DNA of 59,804 bases from an uncultured Candidatus Saccharibacteria bacterium (GCA_964479405.1 CAYZMA010000001.1:1-59804); one strand, 5' to 3'. Shown: positions 1 through 9,496, counted from the first letter of the stretch. Made by a program: numbers and translations. The notes: generated by a model not told the origin, from the letters alone.

Positions 1-127
1 GGAAATATCTAAATAAATATAACATTCTTATAAAATCATTATCATGATTAAATATACAAAAATTAGCAATACTCCTGTTAAATATATGATATGTTTGGTT
101 TTCGGTTAATATACATTTTCTTTTCAT
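1..127 (-). CDS. HUH/Y1 (IS200/RAYT-like) transposase-like protein; N-terminal fragment, gene runs off the left edge
   Basis: Hand translation of the minus strand from ATG at 127 gives MKRKCILTENQTYHIFNRSIANFCIFNHDNDFIRMLYLFRYF. This aligns with the N-terminus of the 44243..44881 protein (Q.Y.H...R.....F...ND....L.L..RY). Confidence 0.5.
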   Translation of the reverse strand, partial: MKRKCILTENQTYHIFNRSIANFCIFNHDNDFIRMLYLFRYF

Positions 128-243
128 AATATTATTTTACCACAAATCCAACACCCCAGAGGTGTCGGAAATGGTTTTAGGAATTAAAAGTTATCCACAG
201 GCCAAACACCTGTGGATTTTGTTATACCTGTAATACTAGGGTG

Positions 244-273
244 TTGACAGATAAAACAGAAGTGGCTTATACT
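244..273 (+). promoter_or_regulatory. Sigma70-type promoter of the dcw cluster (Pmra-like)
   Basis: TTGACA (244-249), 18-nt spacer, TATACT (268-273). It lies about 65 nt upstream of mraZ. Confidence 0.5.
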
Positions 274-283
274 GTGATGGATG

Positions 284-308
284 TGGATAAACATGGGTAA
301 AAGTGGGG
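284..308 (+). promoter_or_regulatory. Putative MraZ operator: three direct TGGNN repeats with 10-nt phasing
   Basis: TGGAT (284-288), TGGGT (294-298) and TGGGG (304-308), separated by 5-nt A-rich spacers. This is the same layout as the E. coli MraZ binding repeats. Confidence 0.5.
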
Positions 309-336
309 AAAACTAAGAATAACTGTGGATAAGTAT

Positions 337-768
337 ATGTTTATAGGTGAATATACACACTCAATTGATGAAAAAGGACGGATGGCTGTTCCTTCTAAAA
401 TGCGAAGGGATATTTCCAGTGGCGCTGTGGTCACTCGTGGGATTGACAATTGTCTTTGGCTCTTTCCCAAGAAAGAATGGCAAACCTTAGCCGAGAAACT
501 GGCTTCTCTACCGCTGACAGACGCTAATTCACGAGCTTTTTCTCGTTTAATGCTTGCCGGCGCAATGGAAGTAGAATTTGACACCCAAGGTAGAATTCTT
601 TTGCCGGGGTATCTACGAACATTTGCCGGTTTAAAGAAAAATGCAATTGTAGCCGGTTTGTATAATCGCTTGGAAATCTGGGATTTGCAGAAATGGAATA
701 GTTACAAAGAAAAGACTGAAAAAGAAACCGACCAAATTGCCAAACATATGGCCGATTTGGGCATTTAA
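337..768 (+). CDS. mraZ: Transcriptional regulator MraZ
   Basis: MFIGEYTHSIDEKGRMAVPSKMR plus a second SpoVT/AbrB-like half (FDTQGRILLPGYLR). First gene of the dcw cluster. ATG at 337 preferred over GTG at 325. Confidence 0.9.
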   Translation: MFIGEYTHSIDEKGRMAVPSKMRRDISSGAVVTRGIDNCLWLFPKKEWQTLAEKLASLPLTDANSRAFSRLMLAGAMEVEFDTQGRILLPGYLRTFAGLKKNAIVAGLYNRLEIWDLQKWNSYKEKTEKETDQIAKHMADLGI

Positions 769-921
769 ATTAAAAACTAGCAGCCGGGCAAAAACAAAAA
801 GTGGCTGCACGAGGATATATTTTTTTAGACCCTACCCGTCCCATACTGGGCCGTGGCGGGGCAAAACAAAATTGGGCAACTTAAGGAGGGGCACTGGCTG
901 CTAGTTCAAAACAAAAAAACT

Positions 922-1806
922 ATGATCAAACACATTCCTGTTTTACCAGATGAAACAATTCAATATCTTGCCCCTTCAAAAAACCAAAATTTCATTGATG
1001 CCACTTGCGGTTTTGGTGGACATTCAGGGTTAATTTTAAAAAAGAATGGTCCAAAAGGTCGTCTGCTGGCAATTGATCAAGATAAAGTGGCGCTTTATGT
1101 TGCGCAAAAGAATCTTAAAAATTTTTCTAGTAGAGTAGATTTTGTCCAGAGTAATTTTACTAAATTGGGCTTAATTATTCGTTCTTGGCATGTCCCTCGC
1201 ATTGACGGCATTCTCTTTGATCTGGGGGTTTCAACTTATCAACTAAAAAGCCCTGGTAGAGGTTTCTCATTTTCTGAAGATTCAGAACTTGATATGCGAA
1301 TGGCGCCAGAAGCGCAAACCTTGTCAGCCAAAGAAATTGTTAACTCTTGGAGCGAAAAAAAACTTAAAGAAATTTTTCAAAAATACGGTGAAGAACAATA
1401 TGCGGGGAAAATCGCCCAAGTGATTGTCAAGACTCGGACGCAAAAACCAATTTCTACTACCAGTGAGTTAGTTGAAATAATTAAAAAAGCAACCCCGCCA
1501 AAGTATCGGACAGAGATGGATAAGCATTTTGCCACTAAGATTTTTCAGGCATTAAGAATTGCAGTAAATGATGAGTTAAAAGCTCTGGAAAGTGGTTTAA
1601 AACAAGCTTTGCAAATTTTATCACATGGTGGACGATTGGTTGTTATTTCCTTTCATTCGCTTGAAGACAGAATTGTTAAAAATTTCTTTCGGGAAAACAA
1701 CTTAGAAATTTTAACACCAAAACCAATCGTAGCATCACAAAAAGAAATTATTCAAAATCCATCGGCGCGTTCAGCAAAATTACGCGTTGCTATAAAAAAT
1801 ATTTAA
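922..1806 (+). CDS. rsmH: 16S rRNA (cytosine1402-N4)-methyltransferase RsmH
   Basis: HIPVLPDE, DATCGFGGHS, DLGVSTYQL and SFHSLEDRIVK motifs. The MIKHIPVL start matches homologue N-termini; the ORF-track start at 853 is probably too long. Confidence 0.9.
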   Translation: MIKHIPVLPDETIQYLAPSKNQNFIDATCGFGGHSGLILKKNGPKGRLLAIDQDKVALYVAQKNLKNFSSRVDFVQSNFTKLGLIIRSWHVPRIDGILFDLGVSTYQLKSPGRGFSFSEDSELDMRMAPEAQTLSAKEIVNSWSEKKLKEIFQKYGEEQYAGKIAQVIVKTRTQKPISTTSELVEIIKKATPPKYRTEMDKHFATKIFQALRIAVNDELKALESGLKQALQILSHGGRLVVISFHSLEDRIVKNFFRENNLEILTPKPIVASQKEIIQNPSARSAKLRVAIKNI

Positions 1807-1816
1807 GGAGGATTTT

Positions 1817-2122
1817 ATGCTTATCCCTCGTAATAATTCATGGGAACAAGGGTTTCGTAAAAAAACAATCAAAAGCGAATTTAAAGTTGGTCCGGTTTCG
1901 TTGAAATTTATTACAGTTGCCTTATTGGCAATTGCTGCTCTTTTTTATTTAGCTCAAAGTGCGCAAAGTTCAACTTTTAAATATAAAATTATGGAGCTGG
2001 AGGATCAAAAATCAAAAGTTCAAACCGATGTTAACCAATTAGAAGTTGAATCAGCTCGACTCAAATCTCTAAACGAAATTAAAAACAGCGCCCAAGCAAT
2101 GAATCTTGAATCGGCGCAGTAA
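1817..2122 (+). CDS. ftsL: Cell division protein FtsL-like (single TM helix plus coiled coil)
   Basis: AAGGAGG Shine-Dalgarno (SD) site upstream. One TM helix (ITVALLAIAALFYLA) followed by a heptad-like region. Sits in the canonical slot between rsmH and ftsI. Confidence 0.6.
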   Translation: MLIPRNNSWEQGFRKKTIKSEFKVGPVSLKFITVALLAIAALFYLAQSAQSSTFKYKIMELEDQKSKVQTDVNQLEVESARLKSLNEIKNSAQAMNLESAQ

Positions 2123-2127
2123 AAATT

Positions 2128-3816
2128 ATGTCACACAATACATGGGTTTCAAGACTAAATATTGTTGTTATATTTATAGTTATTTTGGCTTCTTGCCTTT
2201 TGTTTCGTTTATTTCAAAAACAAGTTCTTGAACATGAAACTTATCTGGCCCAAGCCGAAGGTCAATATATTGTAAAAAAAGCACTCATAGCGGAACGAGG
2301 TAAAATTTATACCTCCGATATGTTTCCAGTTGCCACAAATCGTCAGTATTATCAAGCTTTGGCGGTGCCGAGAAATATTAAAAATCCAGATGAAACGGCT
2401 GTACAATTGGCGACAATTCTAGGAATGGGAAAGAATGAAATTTTTTCTTTAATTAACAATGATAAAAGCTATGTTCCGCCTTTAAAACATGGTTTAACTG
2501 AAGAAGAAGGTGACAAAATTGCTAATTTAAAGATTAGGGGGGTAATTGTTCTGCCTGAATCAAAAAGATTTTATCCGGAAGGAGAGCTTGGTAGTCAAGT
2601 CCTTGGTTTTACTAATAATTTAGGCGAGGGCCAGTATGGAATTGAGGGTTATTTTAATGAGCAATTGAAGGGTTTTGGGGGAGAAATTTCCGCCGAAAAG
2701 GACACTAAAGGTCGTTTTTTTAGTATTGGTGAAAAAGTGGACGCCAAAAATGGCTCGGACTATGTTTTGACCCTAGATCACAGTATTCAGTACGAAGCAG
2801 AACAGGTTTTGCAAGAAGCAATTAAAACTTATCAAGCAGACTCTGGTTTTATTGGGGTAATGGATCCTAAAACCGGTGCCGTTTTGGCAATGGCGGGTTC
2901 GCCTTCTTATGATCCGAATAAATATAACGAAGTGCCTCAAGATCAGCAAGATGTTTTTAATAATATAGGAATCACGGGCGCATACGAACCGGGTTCGGTT
3001 TTTAAGCCCTTGATTATGGCCGCCGCCATCAATGAAGGCAAAGTTCAGCCGGATACCGAAGAAGTTTTTTCTAATCAAGTGACGGTTGACAGCTACGAAA
3101 TTCACACCTCTACCGATGAAGCTTATGGTAAGGAAACAATGAAACAGGTTTTGGAAAATTCCGACAATGTGGCAATGGTTTGGATTTCAGAACTAATGGG
3201 TAAAGATTTGGAATATAAGTATGTTAAAGATTTTGGTTTTGGCCGAAAATCGGGAATTGAACTTGATATCGAAGCAACAGGTTCGGTTTTAGATGTGAAA
3301 AAATGGTCCAATACTCAACGAGCGACTATTTCTTTTGGTCAGGGTATTTCCATGACTCCGATTCAACTGATGACGGCTTATTCGGCGCTGGCAAATGGCG
3401 GTAAATTAATGAAACCATATATTGTTGGCGAGATTCGCAGTCCCGATGGTCGCATTGACAAAACTCAATCCCAAGAAATTAAAAGGGTAATTAATACTGA
3501 TACGGCAGATAAATTAAAAGATATGTTGGTAGGGGTGGTGGATTTTGGTCATGGTAAAAAAGCCGGCGTTTCTGGCTACAAAGTGGCTGGGAAAACCGGC
3601 ACGGCTCAAATTCCCAAACCTTCCGGTGGTTATTACGATGACCGTCATATTGGTTCGTTTGCCGGTTTTGCCCCGGCCAAAGATCCAAAATTTGTAATGT
3701 TGGTCAGATTAGATCAGCCTAAAAATGTCAAATGGGCCGAAGAATCAGCGGCGCCAACTTTTGGCACCATGGCAAAATGGCTTCTGGACTATTATCGTAT
3801 CCCACCATCGGAATAA
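2128..3816 (+). CDS. ftsI: Class B penicillin-binding protein / peptidoglycan D,D-transpeptidase (FtsI-type)
   Basis: N-terminal TM helix; SxxK (GSVFKP), SxN (NSDN) and KTG (GKTGTA) motifs; dcw context. Confidence 0.85.
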   Translation: MSHNTWVSRLNIVVIFIVILASCLLFRLFQKQVLEHETYLAQAEGQYIVKKALIAERGKIYTSDMFPVATNRQYYQALAVPRNIKNPDETAVQLATILGMGKNEIFSLINNDKSYVPPLKHGLTEEEGDKIANLKIRGVIVLPESKRFYPEGELGSQVLGFTNNLGEGQYGIEGYFNEQLKGFGGEISAEKDTKGRFFSIGEKVDAKNGSDYVLTLDHSIQYEAEQVLQEAIKTYQADSGFIGVMDPKTGAVLAMAGSPSYDPNKYNEVPQDQQDVFNNIGITGAYEPGSVFKPLIMAAAINEGKVQPDTEEVFSNQVTVDSYEIHTSTDEAYGKETMKQVLENSDNVAMVWISELMGKDLEYKYVKDFGFGRKSGIELDIEATGSVLDVKKWSNTQRATISFGQGISMTPIQLMTAYSALANGGKLMKPYIVGEIRSPDGRIDKTQSQEIKRVINTDTADKLKDMLVGVVDFGHGKKAGVSGYKVAGKTGTAQIPKPSGGYYDDRHIGSFAGFAPAKDPKFVMLVRLDQPKNVKWAEESAAPTFGTMAKWLLDYYRIPPSE

Positions 3817-3828
3817 AGTTGTACTAAT

Positions 3829-5703
3829 TTATTTTAGACAGTCAATGAGAGCAATGTTTAAATTTTTAATATTTAAACTGACAGAAAAATTATCATAAAT
3901 ATCACCGTGAATTTGAAAATCCAATTTTTTCTTGGCTATTTTTTGTAAAGCTTTATTTAGGGGAATAAAAATTTTACTTTGCAAATCATAGCGATTTTGA
4001 CCGTAAGAATGATTATTAAAAGATTTGTTTTTAATGGTAAGTTGAGGGTTTTCAATAATTTTCATAATAATTTCAATTGTTGCTTTAGCCGAGGGAATTT
4101 CTTTAGATGAAAGCACTTTTCCTTTAATATAGATTTTATGTTCCGAAATAAGAAAAGCTAGGTCGCTTTCTTTTATAATTTTCTTTAAATTTTCCGGTTC
4201 AATTAATTTAGTCTGGCAATTACCATTTTTGTAGAAACTAAGATGGCAACATTGAGGCGAAATAAATGACGAATACTTCCGTTCGGGCAAGAATTGATCT
4301 ACTTTTAGACCACTCTCGCCAAAACCGTCCGACCACGAAGCCCAATCCAAAAAAATATCTTTCTTTGCCTCTTCCGATAACTTTTCAGTTTCCTTAGTGA
4401 ATTTATCGGTCATAGTACCGTTTGGACCAATGATTAAAACATGACCACCTTTACCGATGCCCTCAATTTTGGCGCCGGCGACATTTAGTTCGTTTTCTTT
4501 AGCAATGACATCAACATATTGCCGACATATTTTATCTAAAAGCGGAGTAGAGTGTCCCAGGAAATGATTAAAATCTTGTTTCTGGTTAATGACATTAATA
4601 AATTGACGAAGTAATTCTTCACTTGAACCGACAGTGAACAGATTTTTCAAAGCAAGCAATAATTTAACGGTTGTCACATTCATAATATCCAGATAATGAT
4701 GATAAGAAAATTTTTGATTGTGTTCATTTTCCAAGTCAAGCAGATTTTTTAAACTCAAATCTTTATTTTTGATTTGCAAGACCAGTTCTTTATTAATTGT
4801 TTCTTCCAGTTTTTCAATATCGGTATTGAGCTTGGAGAGCGATTTGAAAATATGTTCCGTGTTAATTAAGTTGCCCGAATAAATACGGGCAATATCAATT
4901 GGCCAAGGTTGAGGTGTTCTAAAAGGGAAGATTTCTTCCAATGTACTGCCCCAAAAAGGAATTTCTTCAATTATTTGACAATTTTCTAGATTTTCGCGAG
5001 GAGAACGGATGGTCGGGTGATTGAGAAAATTATTGATATTTTTTGAAAAAAAGATAATCGGATAAGAACTATGCATTAAAGCGCCAAAACTGGTAGCGCC
5101 GGAAGAGTTGCCGTCACGGCAAATTGCTGTTAAGCGCCAACCGAGGCGGAAAACTTTTTTAAAATCCAGATAATCATCATTGTGGAGTAAATCGTCAACT
5201 GTAGCTGTTTCCCATTTTTCAATTTCATCGGTGGATATTTTTCCGGCTAATACTAGTAAAGTTGCGGCTAAGCAAGCCATTACCACACCGGTGCTACCCA
5301 AACCGCCGCCGCAATGAGACTCACTTAAAATATGAATACGCAAACCTTTAATTTTACCTGTCGGATCTAAAGTCGGCCAAAAATCTTTTAAAAAATTAAT
5401 CAAACGAATTTCTTTAGCCGGTTCGTAAGGAATTTTTTCAAAAGAATCGTTTGAAGGGTTGTAGCCCAATAAAGTATTATTAAAACAAAATTTTTTTTCA
5501 TCCAACACTTCTAAACCAACAAAATTTTTAGTCGGTAATTTTTGAAAAATAGTTAAACCGCCAAAAAATCTGGCGTATTCACCAGCCCAAAAGAAACTGT
5601 CGGCAGAGGAAATTACAATTTGACAACTTGAAAATAAGTCCTGATAAATTTCGGGAAATTTTTGTCTAAGGTTAGTTGAATTAACAATATCTCGTTGAAT
5701 CAT
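3829..5703 (-). CDS. Large GHMP-kinase-like protein with an extra C-terminal domain; function unknown
   Basis: GHMP motif II-like ILSESHCGGGLGSTGVVMACLAA and an N-terminal SFFWAGEYARFFGG segment. At 624 aa it is about twice the normal GHMP kinase length. Confidence 0.6.
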   Translation of the reverse strand: MIQRDIVNSTNLRQKFPEIYQDLFSSCQIVISSADSFFWAGEYARFFGGLTIFQKLPTKNFVGLEVLDEKKFCFNNTLLGYNPSNDSFEKIPYEPAKEIRLINFLKDFWPTLDPTGKIKGLRIHILSESHCGGGLGSTGVVMACLAATLLVLAGKISTDEIEKWETATVDDLLHNDDYLDFKKVFRLGWRLTAICRDGNSSGATSFGALMHSSYPIIFFSKNINNFLNHPTIRSPRENLENCQIIEEIPFWGSTLEEIFPFRTPQPWPIDIARIYSGNLINTEHIFKSLSKLNTDIEKLEETINKELVLQIKNKDLSLKNLLDLENEHNQKFSYHHYLDIMNVTTVKLLLALKNLFTVGSSEELLRQFINVINQKQDFNHFLGHSTPLLDKICRQYVDVIAKENELNVAGAKIEGIGKGGHVLIIGPNGTMTDKFTKETEKLSEEAKKDIFLDWASWSDGFGESGLKVDQFLPERKYSSFISPQCCHLSFYKNGNCQTKLIEPENLKKIIKESDLAFLISEHKIYIKGKVLSSKEIPSAKATIEIIMKIIENPQLTIKNKSFNNHSYGQNRYDLQSKIFIPLNKALQKIAKKKLDFQIHGDIYDNFSVSLNIKNLNIALIDCLK

Positions 5704-5776
5704 CTTGCACCTTTAAAGTATCACTTATTTTAATACATTTATATAAAAATAACAAGTCTTTGGTTGAATTGGTGAA

Positions 5777-6839
5777 TTCTAGACCCAGAGCAACACTTAA
5801 GATAAAATATCCAGTTAGATAGAAAGGTGTTGCCAATGTCAAATTTAACTTTGTATGATCGTCAAAGAATTGAATTTTATGTTAATTTCAAACGATTAAG
5901 TCTGCGCGATATTGCTAAGATAGTGAATCGAAATGTCTCGATTATTTCGCGAGAGATTAGACGGAACAAACCACAGTTAGGTTCATATAATGCTGAACTA
6001 GCCCAAAAGGCAGCTGAACGAAAAGGAAGATTTACTAACACTAAAAAGTTAGAAAAATGTGAACCGTTAAAGAATTATGTCCGCGAGAAATTAAAAGAAG
6101 ATTGGAGCCCAGAACAGATCGCTGGCAGACTAAAAACTAACGCGCCACCAGAGCTTAAAAGAAACAATGTTAGAACTGTTTGTATGGAAACCATCTACCA
6201 GCATATTTACAGTCAAAACGATGCCGAAGATCGCTTATATCACCACTTGAGAAGAAATAAACCCAAAAGACAAAAGCAGGGTCAAAGAAAAGAACAAAGA
6301 GTTTTTATACCTGATAGAACACCGATAATTCAAAGAGATGAACTGATTAACCAGAAAAAAAGATATGGCGATTTGGAAACTGACTTATTCTTTGGTAAGC
6401 GCTCTAAAGAAGCTGTTTCCGTTTCCTACGAGCGAAAATCAATGTATGCTATTTTACAAAAACTTGCTTCTAAAAAAGCTGATGTTGCCAAAGATGCGCT
6501 GGTAAAAACCATTGAAACTTTTCCGCCAGAATTTGTCAAATCATTTACTTATGATAACGGCTCGGAAAACTTTAAACACTACGAATTAAAGCGAGATTAC
6601 AAGTTGGAAACATTTTTCTGTGATACTTATTCTGCTTGGCAAAAAGGCGGTGTGGAAAATCTAAATGGGCTTATCCGCCAATATTTACCAAAGAAAATTG
6701 ATCTTCAAATTGATGAAGAGCGATTAAAATTCATCGAACAAAGACTCAATAATCGCCCCAGAAAATCACTTAATTATTTGACACCCCAAGAGGTTATGAG
6801 TAATGTATTAAATACAGAGTGTTGCTCTAAATTCTAGAA
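5777..6839 (+). mobile_element. IS30-family insertion sequence (about 1.06 kb) with imperfect terminal inverted repeats
   Basis: Left repeat TTCTAGACCCAGAGCAACACT (5777-5797) against right repeat AGTGTTGCTCTAAATTCTAGAA (6818-6839). They enclose a single IS30-type transposase gene. Confidence 0.8.
5836..6837 (+). CDS. IS30 family transposase
   Basis: N-terminal HTH (LSLRDIAKIVNRNVSIISREIRRN). DDE-type core: LETDL, YDNGSEN, AWQKGGVENLNGLIRQYLPK, RLNNRPRK. Confidence 0.85.
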   Translation: MSNLTLYDRQRIEFYVNFKRLSLRDIAKIVNRNVSIISREIRRNKPQLGSYNAELAQKAAERKGRFTNTKKLEKCEPLKNYVREKLKEDWSPEQIAGRLKTNAPPELKRNNVRTVCMETIYQHIYSQNDAEDRLYHHLRRNKPKRQKQGQRKEQRVFIPDRTPIIQRDELINQKKRYGDLETDLFFGKRSKEAVSVSYERKSMYAILQKLASKKADVAKDALVKTIETFPPEFVKSFTYDNGSENFKHYELKRDYKLETFFCDTYSAWQKGGVENLNGLIRQYLPKKIDLQIDEERLKFIEQRLNNRPRKSLNYLTPQEVMSNVLNTECCSKF

Positions 6840-6946
6840 CTTACTGTTTTTCCAAGTTTTTCTATTTTTTTCAAATACCAATTTGTTTAAATTAAAGATG
6901 TTATTATTGAACCTTGAAAATTGATATGTGCTGGGAGGGTACTTCA

Positions 6947-8461
6947 ATGAGGCTAAATTCAAAAAGTTGGCTAGGCGGTTTAACTTACGAGAAGCTTTGG
7001 GGAGTCAAAAAACCCGACACTCCAAAACCCGTAGAAACTTCTTCTGAACGAAAGCGTCGTTTAGGCGACGAACATCGTGCGCGTGAACGCGAGAGACGAG
7101 AGCGCGAAAGGGCAGAAGTAATTGCTCAAAGAACAAGTCGTATTCGTGAGTACACTGATTTGACAAGATCGCATGTTCAAGCAACCCTTGATAGATTTTT
7201 AAGTACTGCTCGTATTTCTCATCAAGAAAGCGATGAAAGCGATCAAGTGGCAACAAGTTTGCCGAGCGATGTCCAGATCAAGGAAAACATTAGCGACGAT
7301 TTTCGCATTAGGCGTCTGCCGGAAGCTTTGCAACCTTATGCTACAGACTGCGTCTTCAATATTGTTAAACAATCAATTGACAGATGCCAAAGCAAATTAC
7401 AACTCGCCCGCTTTCGTTTTAGCGCGGCTGTAAGTGATTTAGACAGTATTGTCAAATCATCAATCCATTTAAATAAAGAAACCAGACCAAGAATGTTCCG
7501 GGCTTTGGAAAAAATATCACAACCGCCTCCTGTAAGCGTATCACCAACCTTAGTTATTGACCAGAAAGTACAAGAAGCTTTTGCTTTACAAGCAGAAGTT
7601 AGTGTTGGTTGTGATCAAGCCAAAACCGAATTCAATGGTCTTAAATGCAGGCTGACTTGGTATTTTGTCTGCGGTGTCTTTGCTGCTTTTCTTGACTTGC
7701 CAATTGTTTATCTTTCGGTTTATCCGCGTTACGAAGGAACTTCTATGGATATTCCGGGTTTGATTCCGCTTTTGGCAATGACAATTACTATTATGGCTGT
7801 TTTCTTGGCTCACTTGGTCTTAAATAAGCATTGGTGGGCTATGCCACTCCTTGCTGTTGGTTCTTTATTCATTGGTGCTTTAAGAATGCCAGACATTAAG
7901 GAAGCATTTTCTGGAGATCTTGGTGTCGCTATTACTAACACCGCTTTGATTTCTGTTAATATCTTGGCAATTCCAATGATGGCAATTGTTGCAGGAATTT
8001 GTTTTCACAAGACTCAAGAAATTAACCAACGTTACAAAAAAGTCGGTAGGTGTTTAAAAATCTTGAGTCGTAAAAGAGATATTTCTGTGCAGACTCAAAA
8101 CCTAATCAACAGTGCTTTAGCCAATGTTCGCAATACTTTTGAACAGGCGAGTCGCCGTTATCGCGAAATGACAGAAACATATCGTAGCCAGTTGCAAATA
8201 ACAATCAATGAAATTTATGAAATGATTGATGTTCAGCTTGAGCAAAATAATGCTGAGATGGAAGCTATTTTCACCGGTATTAGAAGGCAAGTTCTTGACG
8301 AAATGGGACCAGTCATTGAATCTTGTGGTCGGGAATTGACTGTTCTGAGTGGGTTAAAAATTGAAAAAACAAGCCTGAAAATCAAACCCCAGGGGTTTGA
8401 TTTTGATGGTTTAGGAGGAGGTAATGGCGAAGAAAACAGAAGTCATGACTCGTTGGTTTAG
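6947..8461 (+). CDS. Hypothetical membrane protein: Arg/Glu-rich N-terminus, four predicted TM helices, coiled-coil C-terminus
   Basis: GGGAGGG SD site 8 nt before ATG 6947. RERERRERER tract and hydrophobic segments (WYFVCGVFAAFLDLPIVYL, LIPLLAMTITIMAVFLAHLVL and others). Higher G+C than its surroundings. Confidence 0.6.
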   Translation: MRLNSKSWLGGLTYEKLWGVKKPDTPKPVETSSERKRRLGDEHRARERERRERERAEVIAQRTSRIREYTDLTRSHVQATLDRFLSTARISHQESDESDQVATSLPSDVQIKENISDDFRIRRLPEALQPYATDCVFNIVKQSIDRCQSKLQLARFRFSAAVSDLDSIVKSSIHLNKETRPRMFRALEKISQPPPVSVSPTLVIDQKVQEAFALQAEVSVGCDQAKTEFNGLKCRLTWYFVCGVFAAFLDLPIVYLSVYPRYEGTSMDIPGLIPLLAMTITIMAVFLAHLVLNKHWWAMPLLAVGSLFIGALRMPDIKEAFSGDLGVAITNTALISVNILAIPMMAIVAGICFHKTQEINQRYKKVGRCLKILSRKRDISVQTQNLINSALANVRNTFEQASRRYREMTETYRSQLQITINEIYEMIDVQLEQNNAEMEAIFTGIRRQVLDEMGPVIESCGRELTVLSGLKIEKTSLKIKPQGFDFDGLGGGNGEENRSHDSLV

Positions 8462-8491
8462 GAGCAAAATAAAAACAAGGAGGATACGAAA

Positions 8492-9478
8492 ATGGCTGCT
8501 ACGGGATTAGTCTATGCGGAGTATGGCGCCAATCGTGGTGGTAGAGCCAATCTTGAGGCGATCAAGGAGAAACCAGGACTTGTGGAAAATTTATCCTTGG
8601 TCCATATTATTGATCCGGAGCCAGGGAGAGCCTTTGCCTTGGCTAAAGAGTACGAAAAGCTGGGGATTCAGGCTGAACCACATCAGTGCCTGGCTTTGGA
8701 TGCTCTTGATCTTACGGCAACGGTTCGGACAATGGCGATTGATGATTCGGCAACTTTGGGCAAAATTATGGGCAACGGTTCAAAGCAGGCGGTACTTCAA
8801 GGAGCTATTATGTTGTCGTCTGGTCAGTCGGGGTTTGGTGGTGGTGTTCTTGGTTTTGGCAGTAGCGTGCTGGAAGGGGACACTGAAATCAAGCGAGATG
8901 CTGCCGCTCTCTTTGGTCAAGTAGCTGACTTAGCGCCAGAGAGAACTACCAGCAGGATCATTAGATCCAAGCCAATAGAGGCTTCTCAGTTAGCCAACAC
9001 CCGTGATGCTGCCCATCATCACTTGGTAGAAACAATGGATCATTTTCTTGAGGGAGAAAAAGTGTATTCGGATGTTTTTGTGACAGAAACAATTAATCCT
9101 GATTCACCTTTTATCTACCCGGCTGTAATGATGCCATACGAGGGCGAAACCAGTCGCAAGCGTGCTTTGAAGGATTTAGCCATGGATTTGGCAAAGACTT
9201 CTGGCTACGACGAACTGGCGGTTGTTTTCTACCAGCCTGGAAAACCGTGGCTTTACACTACTTTCTTAATTAAGAGAGGACGGCAGTGGAATCTTCAACC
9301 GATTGATGTTGAAATACCAATGCCGACCGAAACCAAGGAAGTGTTCCGCGAAGCCGAGATTAGAAAGGCTAAGAAAATTGCTGATGCTGAAGCGCAAGCC
9401 GCCGCCATAGCCGCCGCCATAGCCGCGGCCGCTGCCGCGGCCGCCCAGCGAAACAATGACGCTTACGCAACAGACTAG
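8492..9478 (+). CDS. Hypothetical protein with a Gly-rich patch and a poly-Ala C-terminal tail
   Basis: AAGGAGG SD site. 328-aa ORF with no motif I recognise; contains GFGGGVLGFG and AAIAAAIAAAAAAAAQ. GC-rich. Confidence 0.55.
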   Translation: MAATGLVYAEYGANRGGRANLEAIKEKPGLVENLSLVHIIDPEPGRAFALAKEYEKLGIQAEPHQCLALDALDLTATVRTMAIDDSATLGKIMGNGSKQAVLQGAIMLSSGQSGFGGGVLGFGSSVLEGDTEIKRDAAALFGQVADLAPERTTSRIIRSKPIEASQLANTRDAAHHHLVETMDHFLEGEKVYSDVFVTETINPDSPFIYPAVMMPYEGETSRKRALKDLAMDLAKTSGYDELAVVFYQPGKPWLYTTFLIKRGRQWNLQPIDVEIPMPTETKEVFREAEIRKAKKIADAEAQAAAIAAAIAAAAAAAAQRNNDAYATD

Positions 9479-9496
9479 CTAGATTCCTTCCTTCGT

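Noticed and set aside
267-584. 105-aa minus-strand ORF.
   Set aside because: It is antisense to mraZ and to its promoter/operator, while mraZ has clear homology.
769-921. GC-rich patches and short inverted repeats (CTAGCAGCC at 777-785, GGCTGCTAG at 896-904) in the mraZ-rsmH spacer, considered as an ncRNA or attenuator.
   Set aside because: The stems are short and I could not recognise a known motif. It may simply be 5' UTR or processing structure. Noted but not called.
8514-8924. 136-aa alternative-frame ORF inside the 8492..9478 gene.
   Set aside because: It is an out-of-frame ORF typical of GC-richer DNA. It has no SD site and a Trp/Arg/Leu-rich composition.
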